Part shown: piece by piece, positions 1-9,596 of the stretch | Layout of the letters: each line of letters begins with the position of its first letter | Position numbering within the stretch: position 1 is the first letter of the stretch | Assembly (NCBI GenBank): GCA_044229975.1 | Contig: JBGARZ010000016.1 | Location: 128,001-192,000, forward strand | Direction of reading: 5' to 3' | DNA length: 64,000 nucleotides | From: Polyangiales bacterium | Lineage (GTDB): Bacteria; Myxococcota_A; Polyangia; Polyangiales; Ga0077539 | The notes under the pieces: generated by a model | What the model saw: only the letters and a program-made list of their open reading frames with translations | The model's database searches: none | Told to the model about the DNA's origin: nothing | Position numbers and translations under genes: made by a program

Positions 1-196
1 CCTCTCGCGCTACCTGGCCATGCCCCTGCGCGAGGCCAAGCAAAACCTCTGCGACCGCCTGGAGCGAGCCTACGTCACCCGGATTCTGGAAGACACCCAG
101 GGCAACGTCGCCGAGGCCGCGCGGCGGGCTGGCGTCGATCGGGTGACGCTGTTTCGGGCCATCCGGCGCTACGGCCTGCGAGGCGCCGAGGGATAG
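1..196 (+). CDS. 3' end of a sigma54-dependent (Fis-family HTH) transcriptional regulator, truncated by the window edge
   Basis: Frame 2 reads LREAKQNLCDRLERAYVTRILEDTQGNVAEAARRAGVDRVTLFRAIRRYGL, ending TAG at 194-196. This is a typical Fis-type helix-turn-helix tail. Confidence 0.85.
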   Translation, partial: LSRYLAMPLREAKQNLCDRLERAYVTRILEDTQGNVAEAARRAGVDRVTLFRAIRRYGLRGAEG

Positions 197-210
197 GGTC
201 CCACCGATGG

Positions 211-1605
211 TCACATCGAAAAGCGGGTGAGGGTGAGCCGATCCCTCGACGGCGTCACCAGGAGCACCTCGTGCGGCGTGACCGCGGTCACGAAGGACGC
301 GTAGGTGGCCGTCGTGAGGGTCATGTGCATCGGCCCCTGGAGGTACCCGCTCGGCGAGACGTCCGACCGCCATCGGCCGCTCGCGTCGAAGACCTCCACG
401 AGCGGGTGGAAGATGTTGCTGAGGCCGACGAGGACGCGATCTTCGCAGCCCGTCGCGAGGCTGCCGCTCCCACTGTAAGCAAAGGAATTGCGCCCGTCGT
501 GGGCGACGGCCGTGCCGTGCGCGGCGAAGGAGCGGTCGAGGGTGCCGTCGGGATGGTATCGCACCACGGCGGTGGGTCCGTAGCGATCGTCGTAGCGGGC
601 CGAGATCATCCCACCGATCAACCAGCGCCCCGCCCCGTCACGTTCGAGCGCCCGGGCGTGGAAGTTCCGGTGCAGCTCCGGCGGGGGTTCGCCCCCTTCG
701 CCCCACGCCGCGTCGCGCCGCCCCCGCGCGTCGAGGCGAACGAGCGCCGGCCGGTCTTCGACGTCCATGCACGCGAGCACCCACCCGTCGCCGTCGTGCA
801 GCGCGTCGAAGCAGCCGTGCAGGGTGTTGTCGATCCACAGGCCCCGCTGTGCGAAGTCGGCGGCGAGGTTGCCCGCGGCGTCGAAGGCGAGTGCGAGCGC
901 CCGCGACAGCGGACGCTGGCTGACGCTCTCATCACCGCCCACGACGAGGCCGCCCGAGGGACCCAGCGCCATGCCGTAGGGGTAGACGCCAGGGGTCGCG
1001 ACCGGCCAGGCGCTCGGCGGCACACGGAGGCGCCCCGCGTTGCCGAAGGTCGGGTCGCTGACGCCGCGCGCGTCGAGGCGCTCGACGACGGTCGTGACGT
1101 CCGCTCCCTGCAGCTCGAAGCCCGCGAGAACGATCCGCTCCTCGGCGTCCAGCCGCAGGCCGAGCCACGCGATGACGAAGGGCGCGACGTCGGGTTCGAG
1201 CAGTCGACCCTGCTCTCCCCAGGTGGTGTCGAGGATGGGCGACTCTGCCTCGAAGCGCCACACCGCACCGCGAAACGTGGAGGGACCGGTCCGGTCGTAG
1301 AATCCGGTCACGTACACATGGCCCGCGCGGTCGGCGCCCACGTCGCGCACGTTCATGCGCAGGAGAGGCGTATCCGCCACGAGGTCCAACGAAGTGGTCC
1401 AGCGCTCGACCGGGCGGGGGATGTTGCCGTGGTTGCAAGCGGGCGCGTCGCTCGGGCGCGCGGCGTCCACCACGTCCACCACGTCCACCACGTCCACCAC
1501 GTCCACCACGTCCGCCGCACCGCCCGCATCCATCGGCGCGCGCCCATCCAGTCTGGTGCACCCCAGAACGCTCGCCAACACGCAGATCCTCGCCACTGCC
1601 GACAT
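211..1605 (-). CDS. Lipoprotein with delta-60-like beta-propeller repeats
   Basis: Lipobox-like VLGC, a DVV repeat linker, and recurring 'RLDARG..DPTFGNAG / DGTLDRSFAAHG / LDTTWGEQG' motifs. Confidence 0.7.
   Translation of the reverse strand: MSAVARICVLASVLGCTRLDGRAPMDAGGAADVVDVVDVVDVVDVVDAARPSDAPACNHGNIPRPVERWTTSLDLVADTPLLRMNVRDVGADRAGHVYVTGFYDRTGPSTFRGAVWRFEAESPILDTTWGEQGRLLEPDVAPFVIAWLGLRLDAEERIVLAGFELQGADVTTVVERLDARGVSDPTFGNAGRLRVPPSAWPVATPGVYPYGMALGPSGGLVVGGDESVSQRPLSRALALAFDAAGNLAADFAQRGLWIDNTLHGCFDALHDGDGWVLACMDVEDRPALVRLDARGRRDAAWGEGGEPPPELHRNFHARALERDGAGRWLIGGMISARYDDRYGPTAVVRYHPDGTLDRSFAAHGTAVAHDGRNSFAYSGSGSLATGCEDRVLVGLSNIFHPLVEVFDASGRWRSDVSPSGYLQGPMHMTLTTATYASFVTAVTPHEVLLVTPSRDRLTLTRFSM
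1464..1513. repeat. In-frame 9-bp tandem repeat (CGTCCACCA x5.5) encoding DVV repeats
   Basis: Read directly from the sequence. Confidence 0.95.
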
Positions 1606-1679
1606 CGCGCGGATGGTATCAACACTGCCCGCGGCGGAGGATCATTCCGCGCCCCTCCCCGGGGAAGCCCCTCCCACGC

Positions 1680-1849
1680 GCGGTCGCCGATGCAGCCCTC
1701 GTCGACGAGTCCGTCGCAGTCGTCGTCGACCGCGTTGCTGCAGGTCTCGGTCGCCGGCGCCCGCGCGAACGCGACCAACACGTAGGCCCGCTCCTGCCCG
1801 GCGGCGATGGCAGGCTCGCGAGGGACGTTGGCGACGAGGCCCGCTTCGA
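1680..1849 (-). pseudogene. Gene remnant carrying one myxobacterial Cys/Asp metal-binding (MopE-like) repeat
   Basis: Minus frame reads ...AYVLVAFARAPATETCSNAVDDDCDGLVDEGCIGD... with no credible start or end, in the gap between two genes. Confidence 0.5.
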
Positions 1850-2464
1850 TCAGCGATCGTCGCGCACCAGCACGAAGTACTGGTCGAGCGACTTCTCACC
1901 CTTGTAGGCGGCGCCGATGCTCACGCCGTTGGTGACCTTGCGGAGGAAGTCCCTCGTCCCGGCGAACACGAACTTCTGCAGCCCCTGCGTGTTGGGAACC
2001 ACCGCGGGCCACCCCTCGGCCACGGCCTTGTCGGGCACCTGGAAGTAGTCGACCACGACGTCGCCGCGGGCCGACCACACCGGGTTGTCCTTCACCACGT
2101 ACGCGACGAAATACCCCGGCCCGAACCACTTCTCCGACGTGCCCTGGTTGTAACCGAAGACCCGCGCGCTCCCGTCGTCGGGGCGGCACACGCGCTTCTC
2201 GAAGACGCGAAACGCGCCCGGCGCGGGCCACAGCGTGTTGCGCCCGTGGTGGCGCACCTCGGCGCGGTCGGCCTTGGTCGGCGGGACGAGGTCGGCGAGG
2301 GTGATCGCCTCGGCCTGGGCGGCCACGCTGTAGAGCCGCCGCTGACCCGCGCGGTCGAGCGAGAAGAGGGCCTCGCGGCGCTCCAGAAACGAGCGCTCGG
2401 AGAGCCACTCGGAGACCTCGGCGATGCGCGTGACCTGGCGTTGCAGGAGCTCGGTGAGTTGCAT
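1850..2464 (-). CDS. Hypothetical protein (204 aa)
   Basis: Clean ORF with globular composition and GC-rich third codon positions; TATAGT -10-like hexamer upstream. Confidence 0.8.
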   Translation of the reverse strand: MQLTELLQRQVTRIAEVSEWLSERSFLERREALFSLDRAGQRRLYSVAAQAEAITLADLVPPTKADRAEVRHHGRNTLWPAPGAFRVFEKRVCRPDDGSARVFGYNQGTSEKWFGPGYFVAYVVKDNPVWSARGDVVVDYFQVPDKAVAEGWPAVVPNTQGLQKFVFAGTRDFLRKVTNGVSIGAAYKGEKSLDQYFVLVRDDR

Positions 2465-2512
2465 GTTCGGGCGCGGACTATACGCAGAATTGACGCGCCG
2501 GGTCGACGCCCG

Positions 2513-3259
2513 TCAGGGACAGCGGAAGAGCGCCGTGAGGTTGCGGACCTCGTCGTCGGAGAGCAGCTCGTTGGAGAAGGGCGGCATCGTGCCCGCGTAC
2601 CCGAGGAAGCTCCCGTGGCGGATCTTCTCGACGACCACGGTTCGCATGTACGCGGTGGCGTTGGGGTACGTGGGCGGGATGACGTCGGAGCAGTGCTCCA
2701 CCTGCGTGTCGTTGGGCACGATGGAGACCAGCGTGCTCAGCCGTCCGGCGCCGGTGCCGAGCGCGCCGTGGCAGTTGGCGCAGGCCCGTTGCCAGGTCGC
2801 TCGCCCCGCGGTCGCGTCGCCTTCACCCTCCAGCGGGCGTATCACTCGCGGCCACGTCGCGGGCACCGTCTGCGTGCCGGTGGTGGAGTCGGGCGGGCTC
2901 AAGGATTGGAGCCACGCGTAGAGGGCCTCGCCCGTGATCCCGTCGAGGTCGGTGGGCGTCCCGCGCATGAAGAACACCCAGCACCGCTCGACCGCCTCGC
3001 GCAGATGAACCGTCTCCCCACCCCAGTAGGTCGCCCGTCGCGCGGCGCCTTCGAGCGGCGCCCCCGGGAGGATGCGCGACCCGACGTCCGCGGCCCTCTC
3101 CGCGTGACAGGTGGCGCACGCGAAGACGTTGTAGCGAGAGCGGCTGGCGGTGGGGTCACGCGACAGCATGGCGCCCTGCGCGGCGGCGGTCTCGTTGACG
3201 ACCGTGTCGGCGCACGCGGGCACCAACAGCGCGAGCGCGAGAGCAGCGCGGAGGCTCAT
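2513..3259 (-). CDS. Diheme c-type cytochrome lipoprotein, TsdA/SoxA-like motif
   Basis: Two CxxCH motifs (CATCH, CANCH), a distal Cys in 'AVERCWVFFMRG' and a C-terminal 'GTMPPF'. The ATG overlaps the stop of the upstream gene. Confidence 0.8.
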   Translation of the reverse strand: MSLRAALALALLVPACADTVVNETAAAQGAMLSRDPTASRSRYNVFACATCHAERAADVGSRILPGAPLEGAARRATYWGGETVHLREAVERCWVFFMRGTPTDLDGITGEALYAWLQSLSPPDSTTGTQTVPATWPRVIRPLEGEGDATAGRATWQRACANCHGALGTGAGRLSTLVSIVPNDTQVEHCSDVIPPTYPNATAYMRTVVVEKIRHGSFLGYAGTMPPFSNELLSDDEVRNLTALFRCP

Positions 3260-4506
3260 GGTCGCGGCCTCGAAAAGGCGATGGCGTCGGGGAAGAACCC
3301 GACGGTGAAGCGGCGCACGGTGGTGAGGTCGTCGGGGCGCAGGGCGAGCACGTAGCCCGGCTGGTTGCGCGTGGCGTCGCTGTAATGGAGCCCCTCGCAG
3401 ACGAGGTAGTAGAGCCCGTCGGGGCCGAGCGAGACCTGGTGGGGAAGGGGGCACTCCTCGCGGGTGAACGAGCGGATGAGGGGATTGTCCCTGAGGTTGG
3501 TGGTGGAGACCCGCATCACGGCGTCGGAGCCCTGCGTGGGGATGATCATGAAGGCGCCGTCGGGAGAGAAGCCCGGGAAGTACGGCTTGCCCGGTAGTGT
3601 GCGGCTGGTGCGCGCCGGGTCGAAGGCGCCGGAGGCGACGTCGTAGGCGGTGAGCAGGGCGGTCATGCCGGTGCAGCCCACCCAGACGGTGCCGTGGTCG
3701 GGAGAGAGGGCGAGGGAGTACGGACCGTAGTTGGGGCTCGTGGTGCTGGAGGGCGGCCGACCGGTGAGGTAGACGAGGCGCACCGAGGGGCGCGGACCAT
3801 CGAGCGACACCACGCCGAGGGCGTCGTCGCCGTAGCAGGCGAGGTAGACCGTTCGTCCGTCGGGCGAGACGACCATGCCGTGGGCCGCGACGCACACCGG
3901 GATGGTCGCGGTGCGGGTCATGGTGGCGGTGTCGATGACGATGAGGTTGGAGCGCTGGCGATCGGGGTCGCCGACGTTGTTGACCGCGCGCAGCAGATCG
4001 AAGTGCGAGACGTACGCCGTGCGACCATCGGGGGAGAGGGCGATGTCGCCGGGGTTGGGGTCGAGGTCGGCCTGACCCAGCAAGCTGAAGTCGCAGAGCG
4101 AGCGCTTCACGAAGACGCCCAGCGCCGACGAGGAGCCGTGCTCGGCGTGTGGCCCCGCGGAGATGAGCGGCGCCGGAAACGACAGCGGCGAGTAGAGCAC
4201 CCCGAGCGTGTGGTCGAGCGCGAGGTGGTGCGGGCCGTTTTCCGCGAGGGGACCGACTCCGATGGGGTGCGTTCCGAGAACGGTGCCGGCGGCGAGGTCG
4301 AGCACCGACACGGAGTTCATGAGGCTGTTGGTGACGTAACCGAGGCCGCCGTCGGGAGGAGGCGGGGGAGAGGCGCAACGCTGACCCCAGGCGCCGCCGT
4401 CGAGGCGGTCGTAGACCACGCGCTCTTCGCCGCAGCCGACGAGCGCGACCGCGAGCGCGGCGAGGGCGAGGAGCAATGCGACAGGGGCGGGGCGGGCGCT
4501 GGGCAT
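3256..4506 (-). CDS. YncE/YVTN-type beta-propeller lipoprotein
   Basis: Lipobox LVGC and repeated 'LSPDGRTAYV / VSPDGRTVYL / FSPDG' blades. Confidence 0.85.
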   Translation of the reverse strand: MPSARPAPVALLLALAALAVALVGCGEERVVYDRLDGGAWGQRCASPPPPPDGGLGYVTNSLMNSVSVLDLAAGTVLGTHPIGVGPLAENGPHHLALDHTLGVLYSPLSFPAPLISAGPHAEHGSSSALGVFVKRSLCDFSLLGQADLDPNPGDIALSPDGRTAYVSHFDLLRAVNNVGDPDRQRSNLIVIDTATMTRTATIPVCVAAHGMVVSPDGRTVYLACYGDDALGVVSLDGPRPSVRLVYLTGRPPSSTTSPNYGPYSLALSPDHGTVWVGCTGMTALLTAYDVASGAFDPARTSRTLPGKPYFPGFSPDGAFMIIPTQGSDAVMRVSTTNLRDNPLIRSFTREECPLPHQVSLGPDGLYYLVCEGLHYSDATRNQPGYVLALRPDDLTTVRRFTVGFFPDAIAFSRPRP

Positions 4507-4656
4507 GGGTTGCGGCTTCGAGGGAGGGCGGGGAAGGGTCATGCCATCGTCGGCCGCGGAATGCACTCGCGAGCGCGGTCGGCGGGTGACCCTGCGACAA
4601 CGTGACGCGTGGGAGGCTTGACCCCGCGTGGCGGTTCGTTCGACGCTGGCGCCGTG

Positions 4657-5778
4657 ATGCGTCGTCGTCGGGCTTTGGGTTGTGTCTTGCTCACCACCGT
4701 GATGAGCGTCGGGTGCTTCCCCGACAATGTCCTGCAACCGTTCGCGGACGGGTCGGTGGAGGACGCGGTCAACGACCTCGGCAAGGAAGACGCCGGCTTC
4801 GACGCGGGGCGCATGGACGTCCCCGTGGTCGACGCCTCGGACGGAGGCATCCCCGCGGACATGGGCGGCGCCGACGGCTCGGACATCGGCAGCGACACGG
4901 GCTCTGGCATCGAGGGCCCCGCCTGCGAGATGGCGCCCATCACGGCCGTCACATCCCGCGTGCTCATCTCCGACCTCGCGGGCGCCCGGGACTTCACCTT
5001 CGACGGCCGCGGCGGCGTTGCGATCTCGCTCGGCGCCACGGTGGTGCTGCGCCGCGACCGCGACACGCTGCCGGTGACCATGGTGATGAGCGGCGAGGTG
5101 GTGGCCCTGCGCTACACCCGCACGCACGGGCTCTTCCTCGCGACGGAGGTGCGCACCGACGCGAGCACGGCGAGCGGAGCGATCTACCAGCTCATGCCGG
5201 GCGAGACGATTCCGACGCTGCGCCAGGGCTCGCTGATGAGCGCCGGGGGTCTGGCCATCGGGGCCGATGACTCGGTGTGGTTCAGCGACACGGCGGCCAA
5301 CACCATCTTCCGCATGCCCGCCGACGCCGACGCGGGGGTCGCCGCGCGCGCGGTGGTCACCGACGTGATGGCGCCGACGCAGCTCCTGCTCGACGCCATG
5401 GGGCGCTACCTCTTCGTGGCGCAGTCGCGGGACAACAAGGTCGTGCGCGTCGACCTCGGCTCGGCCGACGGCGGAACCATCGGCGGCGCCACGGACTTCG
5501 TCGTGGGCCTCGGCGGCGTCTCGGGCCTCGCGCAGGACGAGTGCGGCAACGTGCTGGTTGCCGACAGCGAGCTCAACCGCATCTACCGCGCGCCCCTCGA
5601 CTCCAGCCTGATGGTGCGCCGCCTCGTCAACGACATCACGCGCCCGCGCACATTGATGTTCGGCGTCGGCGCCCCGTATGGGCCGCGCGAGATCTACTCG
5701 CTCTCGGCCACCGACGGCACGCTGCGCGCGGCCAACGTCATCGCGCGCGGCATCCCCCTGCCGGTCCCCGCGCCGTGA
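4657..5778 (+). CDS. SMP-30/gluconolactonase/NHL-type beta-propeller lipoprotein
   Basis: Lipobox SVGC, DAG-rich linker, and 'GLAIGADDSVWFSD' and 'GLAQDECGNVLVAD' blades. Confidence 0.75.
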   Translation: MRRRRALGCVLLTTVMSVGCFPDNVLQPFADGSVEDAVNDLGKEDAGFDAGRMDVPVVDASDGGIPADMGGADGSDIGSDTGSGIEGPACEMAPITAVTSRVLISDLAGARDFTFDGRGGVAISLGATVVLRRDRDTLPVTMVMSGEVVALRYTRTHGLFLATEVRTDASTASGAIYQLMPGETIPTLRQGSLMSAGGLAIGADDSVWFSDTAANTIFRMPADADAGVAARAVVTDVMAPTQLLLDAMGRYLFVAQSRDNKVVRVDLGSADGGTIGGATDFVVGLGGVSGLAQDECGNVLVADSELNRIYRAPLDSSLMVRRLVNDITRPRTLMFGVGAPYGPREIYSLSATDGTLRAANVIARGIPLPVPAP

Positions 5779-8003
5779 GAGCCGGGCCCCGCGCGGGGTG
5801 TCTGCTCGCCGTCGCCCTCGCGCTCGCGGGCTGCTTCGACCCGATCCCCGCCGACGACGACGCGGGCCTCGTCGCCCCCGACGATCGCCCTTCTCCCTCT
5901 GACATCTCCTCTCCGATGGACTCGGTCGTCGAGACCGACGTGGCCCGCCTCGACGCGCCCGACGTCGTCGCGCCGATGGACCTCGGCCCGCGCTGCACCA
6001 CCTCTGCCGACTGCCCCGACGGGAGGCTCTGCGGGCCCGATGGGCGCTGTGCGGTGTGTGTTCCGACCGACGACCGCTGTCCCGCGGCGCAGCACTGCGA
6101 CCCGACGAGCCTCGGGTGTGTCCCGGGCTGCCGCTCGGACGAGGGCTGCATGGGCGCCGCGCGCCCCGACGGCGGCACCGCTCCAGCGCGTTGCGACACC
6201 ACCCGTCACGTATGCCTCGACTGTGAGGTCGACGACGAGTGCCCGGTGCGCTCGGTGTGCCGGGCCGGGGTGTGCACGCCCGGCTGCAACGAGCGCCGCG
6301 GATGCGGCACCGGCGAGGTGTGCTGCGACGGAACCTGCGCCGACGTCCAGGCCAGCCTGAGCAACTGCGGCGCGTGCGGGCGGAGCTGCTCGGTGGGCAA
6401 CGGCGTCGCGCGCTGCGTGGCGGGCGAGTGCGGCCTCGGGGCGTGCAACGCGGGCTACGCCGACTGCAACGGGATGCTGGCAGACGGCTGCGAGGCCAAC
6501 CTCCAGACCGACCCGATGCGCTGCGGGAGCTGCGACGTGTCGTGTCCGACGCCGATGGGCGCGGGCTCGGTGGCGTGCGCGGGCGGCCGCTGCGGCTTCG
6601 TGTGCGCAGAGGGGACGGCCGACTGCGACGGCGACGCGCGCAACGGCTGCGAGCGGACGATCGCCCGCGACGCGAGCCACTGCGGCCGCTGCAACAACGC
6701 GTGCCCGGCGCGCACCAACGCGGCGATGCCCCGGTGCGACATGGGCGTGTGCGGGGTCAATTGCAACGCGGGCTTCGGTGACTGCGACGGCGACCCGGCC
6801 AACGGGTGCGAGGCCAACACGCGGACGTCGGTGGCGCAGTGCGGCGGGTGCGGGATGGCGTGCCCGGCCGTGGCCCACGCGACGCCGACCTGCGCGGCGA
6901 GCCGGTGCGGGTTCACCTGCGACGCGGGCTTCGGTGACTGCGACGGCGACCCGGCCAACGGGTGCGAGACCGACGTTCGGACGGCGGCGGCCCACTGCGG
7001 TCGCTGCGCGTCGGCGTGCATCGTGGCGAGCGGGACGGCGGCCTGCGTGGCGGGCGCGTGCACTGTCGGGCGCTGCGAGGCCAACGCGGCGGACTGTGAC
7101 GGCAGCGCGGTCAACGGGTGCGAGACCGACACGCGGACGACGGTGGCCCACTGCGGCGGGTGCGGGCGCGCGTGCCCGGCGGCGGCGCACAGCGTCGCGA
7201 GCTGCGCGGCGGGCGTGTGCGGGGTGCGCTGCGAAGCGGGCTGGGGCGACTGCGACGGCAGCGCCGCCAATGGGTGCGAGGTGGATCTCACGACGAGCCC
7301 GACCCACTGCGGCGCGTGCGGGGTGACGTCGGCGACGGAGGTCTGCGACGGGCGCGACAACGACTGCGACCGGATGGTGGACGAGGGCTGCCCGACGGCC
7401 ATCGGGGGGCTGGCGAGCTTCGAGTTCAGCTCGCCCGAGTACGGCACCGGGACGATGGGGCCGACCACGGCGACGTGCCCCGCCGGTCAGGTGGCGCGCG
7501 GGGTCTACGGCACCACCAGCGGCATCGTGGTCACGTCGCTCGGCCTCATCTGCGGCACGCCCGCGCTGGTGGAAGACCGCGCGCGCACCCCGTACCGCTA
7601 CAACGTCGCGCTCACCGGGAGCACCGATGCGGGCCTCGCGGGCAGCGCCACCTTCGGGACGCCGGTCGCATTCCGGTACCAGTGCGCGGGCGACGCGGTG
7701 GTCACGCGCGTCAGCGGGTTGTTGGGCCCGTACATCTACCAGCTCGGGGTGAGCTGCTCGACGCTCTCGGTGACGGGCAGCCCGGCGAGCCCGAGGGTCA
7801 CGGCCGCGGCGGCGGGCGCTTCCCCGCCCTTCGGCGGCGGCGGCAACGGGACCGCGTTCGACTACACGTGTCCCGCGAGCGCGGCGGGCTCGGCGTCGAT
7901 CCTTCGCTCGGTCTACGGTCGGTCGACGGCCATCTTCGGAACGCTCATCCTGCTGTCCTCCTTCGGCGCGCGGTGCAGCGTCCCGACCATCACGGTGCGA
8001 TGA
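5775..8003 (+). CDS. Cysteine-rich repeat lipoprotein (myxobacterial 'DCDG..NGCE..HCG.C' repeats)
   Basis: GTG start overlaps the upstream TGA. Lipobox LAGC, about six 52-aa Cys-rich repeats, a 'CDGRDNDCD' motif and a lectin-like C-terminal region. Confidence 0.85.
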   Translation: MRAGPRAGCLLAVALALAGCFDPIPADDDAGLVAPDDRPSPSDISSPMDSVVETDVARLDAPDVVAPMDLGPRCTTSADCPDGRLCGPDGRCAVCVPTDDRCPAAQHCDPTSLGCVPGCRSDEGCMGAARPDGGTAPARCDTTRHVCLDCEVDDECPVRSVCRAGVCTPGCNERRGCGTGEVCCDGTCADVQASLSNCGACGRSCSVGNGVARCVAGECGLGACNAGYADCNGMLADGCEANLQTDPMRCGSCDVSCPTPMGAGSVACAGGRCGFVCAEGTADCDGDARNGCERTIARDASHCGRCNNACPARTNAAMPRCDMGVCGVNCNAGFGDCDGDPANGCEANTRTSVAQCGGCGMACPAVAHATPTCAASRCGFTCDAGFGDCDGDPANGCETDVRTAAAHCGRCASACIVASGTAACVAGACTVGRCEANAADCDGSAVNGCETDTRTTVAHCGGCGRACPAAAHSVASCAAGVCGVRCEAGWGDCDGSAANGCEVDLTTSPTHCGACGVTSATEVCDGRDNDCDRMVDEGCPTAIGGLASFEFSSPEYGTGTMGPTTATCPAGQVARGVYGTTSGIVVTSLGLICGTPALVEDRARTPYRYNVALTGSTDAGLAGSATFGTPVAFRYQCAGDAVVTRVSGLLGPYIYQLGVSCSTLSVTGSPASPRVTAAAAGASPPFGGGGNGTAFDYTCPASAAGSASILRSVYGRSTAIFGTLILLSSFGARCSVPTITVR

Positions 8004-8359
8004 CCTTCCCCATGCGTACGCCCATCGCCATCGTCGCTGCGCTGCTCCTCGGGTGTGCCTCGCAGCCGCCGCTACCGCCGCTTGCGCCCGCGGGTCCGCC
8101 CGTGTCCGCCGAGGCGCCCGTGGTCGTCTACGGAACGACCTCGTGCCGCTACACGCGCATGGCGCTCGACTGGTTCGCGGCACATCGGGTGCCCACGCGC
8201 TTCCGCAACGTGGAGACCGACCTCGCGACCTACGACGAGATGATCAACCGCATGACGGCGGCGCGCGTCGGAGGCCAAGGCGTCCCGGTGCTCGACGTGC
8301 GCGGTCGGGTGCTGGTGGGCTTCAGCGCCGACGAGGTCGAGCGGGCGCTGCGCGACTGA
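8000..8359 (+). CDS. Glutaredoxin/NrdH-like lipoprotein
   Basis: ATGA coupling; lipobox LLGC; 'VVVYGTTSCRYT', 'GVPVLDVRGRVLVGFS'. Confidence 0.8.
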   Translation: MTFPMRTPIAIVAALLLGCASQPPLPPLAPAGPPVSAEAPVVVYGTTSCRYTRMALDWFAAHRVPTRFRNVETDLATYDEMINRMTAARVGGQGVPVLDVRGRVLVGFSADEVERALRD

Positions 8360-8377
8360 CGCTATAACCGTCGCGAC

Positions 8378-9589
8378 ATGGCCGCCCTCGCGAACCCCGG
8401 AACGCCCCGCCTCTACTTCGACGACGTGACCCTCCTCGACTTCGAGGCCACGGTCACGGCGCACACCCGCTTCGGCGATCGCCCGGCCGTGGTGCTCGAC
8501 CGCACGGCGTTCTACCCGGACTCGGGCGGTCAGCCGGGGGACGCGGGGACGCTGGGCGGCCTCACCATCGTCGACACGCAGTGCGACGAGAGCGGCGTGG
8601 TGTCCCACGTCGTCGACGGGGCGGTAGAGCTCCCGGCGATCGACTCGGTGGTGCGCGGCTCTGTTGATCGGGCGCGTCGGCGGTTGCACGCGGCGCTGCA
8701 CACGGGGCAGCACATGCTCTCGCGGGCGATGGTCGACGAGGCGCGGGCGGAGACGATGTCGTCGCGGCTCGGCGGGGGAGGGTGCACGCTCGACCTCGAC
8801 GTGGTGTCGCTCGACGAGGCGACGCTGGCGCGGGCCGAGGCGCGAGTCGCGCAGGCCATCGAGTCGGACATCGCCGTGCGGCAGTGGTTTCCGCCCGCGG
8901 AGGTGCTGGCGACGATGCCGCTGCGGCGCGCCTCGAAGGTCGCCGACAACGTGCGGGTCATCGACATCGACGGCTTCGACATCACGCCCTGCGGCGGGAC
9001 CCACTGCACGCGCACGTCGCTGGTGGGCGCGCTGCACATCACCGGGGTCGAGCGGTACAAGGGGAAGAGCCGGGTGACGTTCCTGGCGGGACGCAGCGCG
9101 CTCGACGAGCTGCGCGGGCGGTCGCGGGCGCTGGCCGAGCTCGGGCGCCTGTTCACGTGCTCACCGCATGATGCGCGGGCGGCCATCGATCGGCTGCGGG
9201 CCGACCTGCAATCGGCGCGTGATGCGTTGGGAGACGTGCGCGCGCGCTGGGCCGAGGGCGTGGCGGAGAAGCTGCTGCGGGATGCGGCGGCCAACGGGTC
9301 GTCGCGGGTGGTGTGCCTGCTGGAGGGCGAGTCCATCGAGACGGTGCGCGCGCTGGCGGCGCGGCTGGCGGCGCGGCCCGCGGCGGTGGCCTTCGTGGCG
9401 TCGCGGGTGGACGACGGGCTGCTGGTGCTCATCGCGCGCGGCGCGGAGTCGGGCTTCGACTGCGGCGCGTGGTTGAAGCGCGCAGCGACGGCGCACGGCG
9501 GGCGTGGTGGGGGACGGCCCGAGCGAGCGGAGGGACGATTGCCGGGGACGGTGGACTGGGCGGGGCTGGTGGCCGAGACGGCGGAGTGA
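8378..9589 (+). CDS. alaX: Alanyl-tRNA editing protein (AlaX-L type, with DHHA1 domain)
   Basis: 'LDRTAFYPDSGGQPGDAG', HTGQH and CGGTH zinc ligands, C-terminal 'GGRGGG'. Confidence 0.9.
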   Translation: MAALANPGTPRLYFDDVTLLDFEATVTAHTRFGDRPAVVLDRTAFYPDSGGQPGDAGTLGGLTIVDTQCDESGVVSHVVDGAVELPAIDSVVRGSVDRARRRLHAALHTGQHMLSRAMVDEARAETMSSRLGGGGCTLDLDVVSLDEATLARAEARVAQAIESDIAVRQWFPPAEVLATMPLRRASKVADNVRVIDIDGFDITPCGGTHCTRTSLVGALHITGVERYKGKSRVTFLAGRSALDELRGRSRALAELGRLFTCSPHDARAAIDRLRADLQSARDALGDVRARWAEGVAEKLLRDAAANGSSRVVCLLEGESIETVRALAARLAARPAAVAFVASRVDDGLLVLIARGAESGFDCGAWLKRAATAHGGRGGGRPERAEGRLPGTVDWAGLVAETAE

Positions 9590-9596
9590 GGTTGGC

